The position numbers and the translations under genes were made by a program. From Macrostomum lignano (Eukaryota): DNA of 64,000 nt. The DNA lies in assembly GCA_002269645.1 (NCBI GenBank), contig NIVC01000606.1, positions 434,001-498,000 of the forward strand, given 5' to 3'. The notes beneath the pieces were generated by a model that was given only the letters and a program-made list of their open reading frames with translations, searched no databases and was not told the DNA's origin. Below are positions 25,176 to 36,926 of this stretch, piece by piece (position 1 is the stretch's first letter; each line of letters opens with the position of its first letter).

Positions 25176-27596
25176 ATGCATACCAACTTTGCTATGAACA
25201 GTGTCGGAACCCACCCTAACAATATGGGCAGCAATATTAATATAAACACCAATAGTTTGCATAACAATCCTCACATTGCCGTGCCTGAGGAAGACTATAG
25301 CCCGGACTCTGCCCAGGAGCAGCCAAGCAGATTCAATTTCAAAGGCAAGTCGCATCAGCAGCAGCAGCCTTGGTCAAAGCGACTGGTGCCATCGGTGCCC
25401 AAGGTAGCCGGAAACAGAGTGCGCTTTGAGCAGTTCCGAGCCGACAATTTGGACGTTGTGTCTCGCGATCCAGAAGGACTTAACAGCCACTGTAGGGTGA
25501 GTGAGGCGATGCCTGAATAGCCTACTAGCAACAGTAGTATATATAACATTTTGCGAGCAAAATATCGTTTATTATGTAGATAATATATAGTAGTAGTAGT
25601 AGTATCATTGACAAACTGATTTTGTCTAGTATGAAGTTGGTCAAAATTTCCTCAAAATAAAATTGGTGCCACAATTGGGCAATTAGTTAGTCTATACAAG
25701 TGCTATTCAGCTGTCAGATGGATTGGTTGTTTGCTCTATTCTTGCTGTGTATTTGGGAGTTTTTTAAGCATTAAGTTGTTTTGAGTATAGCTAGATTCAG
25801 TGCCTCTCCCCACCCCACTTTCTCATTAGTCTCAGTTATTAAGTCCCCTCTGTACGCTCGTTCTTGTTCGTACTCGTAGGTGAGAAGTGCATTATTAAGA
25901 AACGGCGGATGAAGCCCCCCCCCTAACAAATCGATGCACAATGGCCTCACCCCCGCTTCCTCTTCCCGCCTCTGCCTCACTGTCGCTCTACCTATAGCTA
26001 TACTCTACTCTTGCTCAGTCTTTCGCTCAAGTAAGTATGAAGGCAAGAGTATTGGATTGAAGCCCCCCCCCAAGTGTGGCCTGTTAGTGCTTTCAAAAAG
26101 TTGAGACTCACTGCAGTGTGTGAACTAGGGGGTGGGGATGAATAGCTACACTAATCTGCTGCATGGGGGAAAAGTATCGAGCGGATCAGCCCGACAAGCA
26201 GTTTGCGTCCCAACTTGCACACTGACCCCCCCCCCTCTGGCGAGAGTCTCCGACTCTCTGGCAGGTGGAGGGAGGTCATAGCCAAGTCTGAGACACGCAG
26301 CAATGGCCAAGGGTGGGGCGTGTGCCCTAGCAGTGCACTGGGCGTAGCCCTTGGCCTTGCTGCCCCAAAATGCTTTGTTTAGTCTCGCCTCAGGGGCTGG
26401 CATCGTGTTTGCACAGAACGAGTGGCAGGGGAGCAGCTATTACATAGGGGAGCCAATCCTATGTATTCCCCATTCTCTCCCCTCCCCTCTCTCCCTCACC
26501 ATTCCCACAGCCATTGCGGCTATGTAAAGCTTGTCCCCAGAGCATTTTTCAACTCTGCTCCGCCGCTTTCGCTTCTGTCATTCCCCTCACCCAGGCTTTC
26601 CCAGCAGACTAAATCCCCATTCTGAATTCACGTATCAGTCTAATCAAGGGATTAACGCGAACTAGAAATGGCCGCCGCAGTGGGTGGTGAACAGGTTGAA
26701 GTCAAGCTGGAGGAGAAGGACCTCAGCGTGACCGATCGCGATCCAAAAGAGATTAATCAACACTTGAAGGTAGCGCCTGATGGTTCCCGGGGTTCGAATC
26801 CCGTTGTAGCTGTTTGAAAATCGGTTTGAAAAAAGATTAATTCGTAGCAGCTTTTTCGAATATCTCCCCCACGATTCGATCTTTCACAGGTAAAATTTGA
26901 GGACATAATCGCCGAGCCTGACCCAACTGTGTTCAGCTTTGATGGAGTCTGGGTGCTCAGCTACAAGGTGAGAAGATCAGCATCATTATCAGTATTTTTG
27001 TTGTAGGGTCCTGGAGCAGACAAGACTTACCAGGCAACTAATTTAGTGCAGGGCATTGGTAGCTTTGTTAGCGCTGGACCTGTTCAAAAATTGAAGGACT
27101 TGATGACAGGTTTAGGGTAGGACTTGATGACACATTTAGTGCAGGACTTGATGACAGGTTTAGGGTAGGACTTGATGACACGTTTAGTGCAGGACTTGAT
27201 GACACGTTTAGTGCAGGACATTATAAGAGACTAAGCCTACAGTGCCGGACTTGACGAAGCCCTCAGTGCAAGACTTAGCAACTGCTAAACCAGACATTGA
27301 CTATCGAACCTCTTCTTCGCCACCCCCAGGTGTTCAGCTCCACGAAGCTCTGGTGCTACCGCATCACCTCTTTGATCTGCGCCATACCGGCCGCGATCTG
27401 CTGGGGCATCGAGTTCGCCTGCCTGTCCTTCTGCACCATCTGGTGCTGGCAGCCCAGCATCAAGGCCTATGAAATCTCGCTGTGGTACACGAGGCGCATC
27501 TTCGAGATCCTGCTGGCCGTGTTCCTGGAGCCCTGCTTCAACGCCATGGGGAAATGCCTCAGCCATATTGTGGTCACGGTCAAGCGCGAGGGCTGA
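25176..27596 (+). CDS. Caveolin, long isoform: join(25176..25496,26890..26967,27330..27596), ~221 aa
   Basis: Exon 1A ends ...DNLDVVSRDPEGLNSHCR at a strong phase-0 donor AGG|GTGAGT, in frame with exon 2 VKFEDIIAEP. The splice is predicted, not observed. Confidence 0.7.
26668..27596 (+). CDS. Caveolin, short isoform: join(26668..26769,26890..26967,27330..27596), 148 aa
   Basis: RDPKEINQHLK|VKFEDIIAEP (caveolin signature FEDVIAEP), SFDGVW scaffolding segment, hydrophobic hairpin region; two phase-0 GT-AG introns. Confidence 0.93.
27095..27220. repeat. 24-bp minisatellite in caveolin intron
   Basis: AGGACTTGATGACACGTTTAGTGC, with two variants alternating. Confidence 0.9.
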
Positions 27597-27975
27597 AGAC
27601 TACACAGCTGCTATCGCTCCCCGGACAAGCCACTCTTCCCAACATTCTATTTTGTTATTTGCTATTTAGAGGCTACTTTTTCTTTACAATGGACAACTTA
27701 ATTTGTTCGTCTTCTAAACGTAAATATGAGAGACCTGAGATTCACATGCTGTTAGACATTTGTCCGTCAGTAGCGAGATTTTAAAAGTGTTTAAAGTCGT
27801 ACTTAATACTTTATATACTGGCACTCTGAAACCTAAAGTCACTTTCCAGAGTCGTACAAGCAAACTGAACAAGTATAAATTCTGGACAATACGCTTTACT
27901 GCCACTCTTCCGCTTCTCATTGGTCGAAAGCCGCATTGGCTCTCTACGATCCTTCAATTCCTCATCCCAGAAAAC

Positions 27976-28220
27976 CTCTCTCATTGGCTGGAGTAGCCTT
28001 GAAAATTCTTAACAGTATATCTGCCCCCAGCTCCTCTCTCATTGGCTGGAGTAGCCTTGAATATTCTTAACAGTATATCTGCCCCCAGCTCCTCTCTCAT
28101 TGGCTGGAGTAGCCTTGAATATTCTTAACAGTATATCTGCCCCCAGCTCCTCTCTCATGGGATGGAGTAGCCTTGGCTCTCCCTAACAGTATACCTCTCT
28201 GCCCCAGCTCCTCTCTCATT
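27976..28220. repeat. 58-bp tandem repeat (~4 copies) downstream of caveolin
   Basis: Unit starts at 27976, 28034 and 28092: CTCTCTCATTGGCTGGAGTAGCCTTGAATATTCTTAACAGTATATCTGCCCCCAGCTC. Confidence 0.92.
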
Positions 28221-29329
28221 TGTTGAGGAAACTCTGTTGGATTGACGGATGAGCTCGCCTGTAAAAATACCATAATTTCCTTACAGATTCCGCAACTAGT
28301 GTTCCGTCTCTGAAGCACTCAAATGGCTGGAATAGTCGGGAATAATTATTAGCCTCATTTCACCTACTACGAGTATTTACTTGTTCTGCGTTGAAAGTTT
28401 CAGGATATTTTTCTATTTTATTCCTCTGCACTCCGTTATGATAGAGAAGTTCGACAAACCATAATCGAGTGATTAGTTTTATTATGTTTTACCAAACAAT
28501 CGCAAAATCGCCGTTTTTTCTTGTAGTTTTTGTTTCGCGTTAATTTTTGTTTTTTTGCATGTAAAGTAGATTCAATTAGCAGAGATACAGAACAAACAAT
28601 AAGAAATGTTCCTTCCGATTGAAATAGAAAATATGCACAAGTCTTCCTACAAGCCAAGAAAATCAGTTGGTTATTCGCAAATTTTGGTCTACCTTTTAAT
28701 CTTTCTTCATTTTTGGGCACTCGCTAGCGTACTAGTCTACTTTGAAGACGCAAATCAGTAGTACTGGAAGTACTCAAAAGGATTGGTAGAGCCTATACTC
28801 ACTGCATGATTGTGGCCAAACCAGCTCCAGACTCCGAACAAAGCTCGGGAATCATCGAATTGAGCACTGCAACCATAGCGTGACTCCAGCTGGGCACTTG
28901 CCAATCTCGGCCCTCTTGCCGCACCTGGAGGCCCCTAAAACAGACCGTGTTATTGATTGCCTATGAATAAACATCAGTTGCTTTTTTCTATTCGTTTTCT
29001 CTGCAGTCATTGCCGGCTTGCATGATGCTGGATATAATTCTTGGAAATTTCTGCCCCAAAGGAAATCAAAGGATTTCGTATCGGTTGCGACCAAAAAACT
29101 CGCGTTTGGTGTGTCGGGCTCTTGAATGAGACTATACCGTTTTTTAACTAGAGAGCCTTTGGAAATGCCATGACTTGAATTGAGGTTTGATGAATTTTAG
29201 AGTGATGGGACTAAGACTGACGGTGTTTCATGGAAAACTGCCTGCCGGCATTTGCCAGCCGACCTTTGCAAGACAGGAGGACCAGCACCAGGGGGTTTGA
29301 CAAATGTCCAAGCAACATCAGGGAACGGC

Positions 29330-30298
29330 GACAGTAGATAGTAGGGTGACAGTAGGGTGACAGTAGGGTGACAGTAAAGTGACAGTAGAGTGACAGTAGA
29401 GTGACAGTAGGGTGACCAGTAGGGTGATAGTAGGGTGACAGTATGACAGTAGCGGGTGATAGTAGGTGACAGTAGATAGTAGGGGTGACAGTAGGGTGAC
29501 AGTAGGTAGGGTGACAGTAGGGTGATAGTAGGTAGGGTGACAGTAGGGTGACAGTAGGGTGACAGTAGGGTGACAGTAGGGTGACAGTAGGGTGACAGTA
29601 GGGTGACAGTAGGGTGACAGTAGGGTGACAGTAGGGTGACAGTAGGGTGACAGTAGGGTGACAGTAGGGTGACAGTAGGGTGACAGTAGGTAGGGTGACA
29701 GTAGAGTGACAGTAGAGTGACAGTAGGGTGACAGTAGGGTGACAGTAGGGTGACAGTAGGGTGACAGTAGGGTGACAGTAGGGTGACAGTAGGGTGACAG
29801 TAGGGTGACAGTAGGGTGACAGTAGGGTGATAGTAGGGTGACAGTAGGGTGACAGTAGGGTGATAGTAGGGTGACAGTATGACAGTAGCGGGTGATAGTA
29901 GGTGACAGTAGATAGTAGGGGTGACAGTAGGGTGACAGTAGGTAGGGTGACAGTAGGGTGACAGTAGGTAGGGTGACAGTAGGGTGACAGTAGGGTGACA
30001 GTAGGGTGACAGTAGGTAGGGTGACAGTAGGGTGACAGTAGGTAGGGTGACAGTAGGGTGACAGTAGGTAGGGTGACAGTAGGGTGACAGTAGGGTGACA
30101 GTAGGTAGGGTGACAGTAGGGTGACAGTAGGTAGGGTGACAGTAGGGTGACAGTAGGGTGACAGTAGGGTGACAGTAGGGTGACAGTAGGAGGACAGTAG
30201 GGTGACAGTAGGGTGACAGTAGGGGGACTGTAGGGTGAGAGTAGGGTGACAGTAGGGTGACAGTAGGGGGACTGTAGGGTGACAGTAGGGTGACAGTA
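29330..30298. repeat. 11-bp minisatellite
   Basis: (GGGTGACAGTA)n with internal block duplications; ends ~130 nt before ATG 30432. Confidence 0.97.
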
Positions 30299-30431
30299 TC
30301 TCCACAGATACTGCGAGTAGCCCAGCCAATCAGCGGAGCGGCTTGAGAGCGATCAGGTCCATAAGGCTCACCTACAGAGGAAATGAAAAGCTCCGATCGT
30401 GAAGCGTTCGATCAAAGCAGAGCGAAGACCA

Positions 30432-31358
30432 ATGCAAGCGGCTGTCTTGGCTTCGCTGTTGATGCTGCCGCTGCTGCCGCTGCAGGCGGTACCGTCTGGC
30501 GGCGAGAAAGCTGCGGCAGCGGCTCGCCTTGTCGGCAGCGGCAACCGGTCCGAGCTGGCGGATCCAGCTGCCACCGACGCCGCCGCCGCTGCCGCCGCCG
30601 TCCTGGCGAACGAGACTCTGACACCAGGCCGCTACAGGGTCAGAGGAGGTCAGTCGGCCGTCGCTGCAGCCGCTGCCGCCGCAGCCGCCGCTGCCATCGC
30701 TGTGGTGGGCGCCGTGGCCTGCGCAGCCACCCTGGCGGCCCTGCGCTGGCGGATGCGCCGCCTGCTTCTGCGGCGAATTTGGCGTCAGCAGAATCGGCGG
30801 CGCGTTCATCCTCGGCGGGAACGTCAGCTGGCTGACGACGACTGGCGACCGCAGGACGATGATGACGACGACGAGAGCAGCGACGTGGCCGAGGAGGCAG
30901 CGGGGAGCGGAGCCGAATCTGAGCCGCTGCTGTTGCCGCCGCCGCGGCCGCCGCCACTGCTCAGCCTCCACTCGGCGGCATCGGGCGGCTCCGACTCCGA
31001 CAGCCCAGGCAGCGAGGAGGCGCCGCTCCCATCGACCTCTCGCCACCAGCGGCAGAAGCGCCGGCAGCGTCGGCAACTTCGCTGGCTAATTCGACGACAA
31101 ACTGACGGCGCCATCGTCTGCGGCGGCTGCGGTGCGGCTGCGGAGCCGAGCGACTCCGAGGATGAAGAGGCGGGCGAGCCGCGGCAGCAGCAGCTGCTGC
31201 TGGGCGAGTCGGCGAGCTGGTGGGTGCCGAAGAAGCGACGGTGCACCTGCGGCCAGCTGCGCACGGTGTCGCTTGCAGCCGCGGCCGCTCCAGCGCAGGG
31301 ACATCCAGCGGCAGCCACGGGCCCGGATAAATTCGCTGATATAATTTCATTTTTCTGA
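30432..31358 (+). CDS. Intronless predicted type I membrane protein, unknown family (308 aa)
   Basis: Signal-peptide-like MQAAVLASLLMLPLLPLQA; poly-Ala followed by hydrophobic IAVVGAVACAATLAAL and a basic stop-transfer (RWRMRR); acidic/Pro-rich tail. GC-rich codon use; AATAAA at ~31421. Confidence 0.7.
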   Translation: MQAAVLASLLMLPLLPLQAVPSGGEKAAAAARLVGSGNRSELADPAATDAAAAAAAVLANETLTPGRYRVRGGQSAVAAAAAAAAAAAIAVVGAVACAATLAALRWRMRRLLLRRIWRQQNRRRVHPRRERQLADDDWRPQDDDDDDESSDVAEEAAGSGAESEPLLLPPPRPPPLLSLHSAASGGSDSDSPGSEEAPLPSTSRHQRQKRRQRRQLRWLIRRQTDGAIVCGGCGAAAEPSDSEDEEAGEPRQQQLLLGESASWWVPKKRRCTCGQLRTVSLAAAAAPAQGHPAAATGPDKFADIISFF

Positions 31359-31486
31359 TCGCCTGAGCAAATTTTCACTCAGCTCATAGTTTCTTGGCTT
31401 TGCAGGTAGTCTTATATTTGAATAAATAAATTTCTGGCTTGAATTTCAGCGGAGTACTAACTTTACGTCAATTCGAAGCGCAATTG

Positions 31487-31724
31487 TGTCGTAGCCTAGT
31501 GGTTAGGATACAACATCATTGCGCTACTCACGACTGGAAGGTCGGAGGTTCGATTCTCGACCCAATCGGAATAATTTTTGTCCTTGAGCAAGACACTTTA
31601 AACTCTGAATTGCTTCAGTTCACCCAGCTGTAAAATGGGTGCCAGCATTAGCTGGGGTAACTGAGGGGGTGTGTGGCGACCCCCAGTCCTTGGACTGAAC
31701 AGCCGTACGCAGCCTTCAGATGCA
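31487..31724 (+). mobile_element. tRNA-derived CORE-SINE, family 2
   Basis: A box GTAGCCTAGTGG, B box GGTTCGATTC at 31547, MIR-CORE-like segment at 31580-31640; 11-bp direct repeat AAGCGCAATTG on both flanks (31476-31486 and 31725-31735). Confidence 0.85.
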
Positions 31725-31826
31725 AAGCGCAATTGCTGCGGCTGAGCTGTCAGTTGCACAACTGCCCATCAGAGCAGGTGTAATCAATTATGATTAATTA
31801 CAATATTATGTAGTGTAATGAAAGTG

Positions 31827-32083
31827 CCCAGGCTCGATTCCAAGTGCAGTCGCATTAATTTGGGGCTGAATTGGAATCTCGGCTTGGCTCTGCTCGTGCA
31901 ATTAACGCCCCTGAGGGCCAACCCCCAAGGCGCAGTAAAGTGTACATGCCTAACAATAAATAAAGTTAGGGCCGCTGTACACTCCTGTGTGAGTGTGTGC
32001 CTGTGCGTATGATTGCGTACGTATCCGCGCGCGTATCTCAGGGGAGTCGATTGGAATGGGCAGTAATGCCTCTCGCTAGTTGC
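31827..32083 (+). mobile_element. SINE family 1, 5'-truncated copy
   Basis: Matches 2749-2995 from the B box onward. Confidence 0.85.
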
Positions 32084-32984
32084 ATAACAAAGTCCTCTGC
32101 TTCTAAAAGAGCATGCAGTCACCTCTGTTGCCCTCATTTTACGCCAGACAAGCTCACAAGCTGAGTTGTTAATCAAATTTCACCGAATCGCAGCTACATG
32201 CCGACAGCGAGGCTCACTCGAGTCGAGCAGCTAGGGGTAATCCCGGAGATTAAGGGCGGCAATACAGCGAGCGACAGGTGACGGATGAGCTCGGAATGCT
32301 GGGAGAATGGGGATGTCTATCAGATTTCCAACCCTAACCCTACTGGCCCTTACAGTCGGGGGCATTTCGAGAAAAAGATTTTCAGACCGACCCACAGGTA
32401 CCCTAAGGCACGAAATGCGCAGATGAGGAAACCCGATATGGACTGTTGAAATAAGTGTGCGGTGAGAAGGAGGCAAGACAGAGAAAACGAAGGTCGATCA
32501 GCGAACCGCAGGGCTCTCTCGGGTCTCTGAGGGTTGCAGTTTCAAGCCCGTTCCCGTCCAGGCCCCCTGCTGCGGCGAGCTGCTTAATTTGGAACCGATT
32601 TTCGCCGGGTCCGAATATCGTCCGGGATCGATGCCGAGGGTCGCCGTCACGGGCACGGGGGTGGGGTGGTGGTGAGGGGGGAGCAGAAAGTGAAAGAGAA
32701 AAGAGGAGTCGGGAAAAGCATTTCTGGAGGGAGGTTCAGTTCCAGTTTTTCCCATTTCCTTGTTTTCACTTGGGCGCTATCGGAGGGAGGCGATAGGGAA
32801 GGGGAGGGAGAACTGGGAGACTGCATGGGAGTCGTCAGGAGTTTGTTTGGCCTGTGGGGACTCGGGTGAGATGAGGCGCTGAGGCTGCGCAGGCAATGGA
32901 AGAAAAGCGACTCACCAAGTCCAGTGAGGCATGCACTTAGACCTTCTCGGGTTTCTCATTTCCCATTACCGAGCCCTCTGCACC

Positions 32985-34590
<1,606 letters not shown>

Positions 34591-35562
34591 ATCTTCTATT
34601 CCTAATAATTTTGATTTAGCTCGGTTTTTACTTATTTTTTGCCAAATTGGAAACAGAAATTCAGAGCGGTTCGTTCTAGGCAGGAAGTCACGCGCCCCGC
34701 CCCGTCCTGCTGCGGCATTCAGGGCGACATGATGAAGCTGCAGCATGCTCAGCCTCTTCAAAAAACAGAAACCCTCTCCGCCGCAGTCCCGCTTTCACTC
34801 GGAGGCTGCCTGGCCGGAGAGAATAGAGGCCAAGCACGCAGCCTCCCAGCAGCCGCATCTTCATCTCTGCCGCATGCAGCCAAGAAAAGCATTGGGACTG
34901 AGTGTGAAAATTCCTCATTTCACTCTCCCATGGCTATTGCGGGTGCCTCTAAGCCTGTCTCGGCCTGGCGCTCCCGTCGCTTCCTCATTAGAGCGGTCAG
35001 GGGCCGTCGGGCAGGAGAAGTCACTTATAGGAGGAGAACCGGGCAGAGATGAAGACGGGAGGCTGGAGAATAAAAAAGCACGAAACGCAACTGGGATTTG
35101 ATTTCAGCGGGGCGGTCAGCTGTAGTAGCCGGGCGCCACTTCTCCCATGCCAAGACGGAGGGTATCAGTTCTGACTTGGGTGAGAGGCAGGCTGGAACCC
35201 GTTGCAAAAGTGGAAATTGCGTTTCCTGTGTTGCTGAACTGGCCCTGCCTCCCTTCCAAGACGATGGGCGCGCTCTCTTCTAGAAGAAATAATAGGCAAA
35301 GTACCTACATGTATAGGTCTGCGGTCTGCTGCCGGGGAAAAAATCGCTACAATGCCTGGGGTTTTTCGTGCGATTTGTTAGCTCCATTGTGGCCAATATA
35401 GCTAATTTTGGCTTTGTTGAGACTACAGAAGTCGCTGTTAGTTAAGACTTCTTGACTTGCACTTCTAACCTCCCCGTTCAGATCAGTTCCATCTACCTTT
35501 CTCTCTTTGTAGCCCCGCGTCCGCCTTCATGTCGCTATACACATCCTTTAGCCCTGCTTCCC

Positions 35563-36140
35563 TTCTCTGCCTCTGTCTGCCCCATCTCTACTTCTTCGCC
35601 TACGTCTGTCTGCCCCATCTCTACTTCTTCGCCTACCTCTGTCTGCCCCATCTCTACTTCTTCGCCTACGTCTGTCTGCCCCATCTCTACTTCTTCGCCT
35701 ACCTCTGTCTGTCCCATCTCTACTTCTTTGCCTACCTCTGTCTGCCCCATCTCTACTTCTTCGCCTACGTCTGTCTGCCCCATCTCTACTTCTTCGCCTA
35801 CGTCTGTCTGCCCCATCTCTACTTCTTCGCCTACCTCTGTCTGTCCCATCTCTACTTCTTTGCCTACCTCTGTCTGCCCCATCTCTACTTCTTCGCCTAC
35901 GTCTGTCTGCCCCATCTCTACTTCTTCGCCTACCTCTGTCTGTCCCATCTCTACTTCTTTGCCTACCTCTGTCTGCCCCATCTCTACTTCTTTGCCTACC
36001 TCTGTCTGTCCCATCTCTACTTCTTTGCCTACCTCTGTCTGTCCCATCTCTACTTCTTTGCCTACCTCTGTCTGTCCCATCTCTACTTCTTTGCCTACCT
36101 CCGTCTGTCCCATCTCTACTTCTTTGCCTGTCTGCCCCAT
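35563..36140. repeat. 33-bp minisatellite
   Basis: Unit CTCTGTCTGCCCCATCTCTACTTCTTCGCCTAC, about 17 copies. Confidence 0.96.
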
Positions 36141-36812
36141 CTACACCTTCTCTGTCTACCTCTGTCTACCCAATCTCTACAATATCTATACCCTCTGTGT
36201 CTACCTCTATATTCAGATCTCCATTTGTTCCCATTTATCAAGCCTGAAGATCCCGATAATCTCTAACTGCGGACGGAGCAGACTGATCGATACCTCATTT
36301 TCAAGCCCATCTGCAATTTCTCTCCAGACTAGAATAGTTTTCCATAGGAGCGCCAAAAATAAGGGAGAAAAGGAAGCAAGTCAAAGGGAAATCAATTACT
36401 ACGCGGAACAATTTTTTCGCTAAATTTTTTCATCAATTACCCACCCGGTCGGTGCCCGGGCCTGTCGATCAGGCCCAGAAGTCAGTGACTGATTTCCCCA
36501 AAATGCTTCCATTTCCTGCCTATAGTGAAGTCTAAAAGAAATTTCGCAGTCATTAGCAGAATAACGTGACCGCAGCCATTCGCCAGAAGCAGAAAGCTCT
36601 TACATTACAAGGCCAAAGAGACACGCCTGCATGTTTGCAGAAAGTTTTCGCAATGTTATTATTGCAGAATTTACAGTACACTATTTTGCGTCACACTGGG
36701 CCGGATTGCGCGTGTTATTAATATATCTGCTAGATAGATAAAGAACTGGTTTGCTTTTCTCAACGCTGCGCAAGGCTCAGCTGCAAGGCAAGGCAAGGCT
36801 TGGTGAATTTAA

Positions 36813-36819
36813 TATAAAA
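36813..36819 (+). promoter_or_regulatory. Candidate TATA box of the His/Pro-rich gene
   Basis: TATAAAA located ~110 nt upstream of GCAACATG at 36927. Confidence 0.35.
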
Positions 36820-36926
36820 TTTGTGAAAACTGTGGCTGCACATTTATACGTTTCGATCTGCCTGACAGACAGCTAAAATAGTTATTTGATTTTTCATCTG
36901 TTAAACTTACAACTCTGCGCCGCAAC

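Noticed and set aside
31487-31560. Possible tRNA gene (also at 2694-2765)
   Set aside because: A and B boxes are present but there is no convincing cloverleaf, and the sequence continues into a dispersed SINE body.
34639-35401. GC-rich island with several 60-137-aa ORFs
   Set aside because: No recognisable domain or consistent exon structure; it may be regulatory but I cannot support a call.
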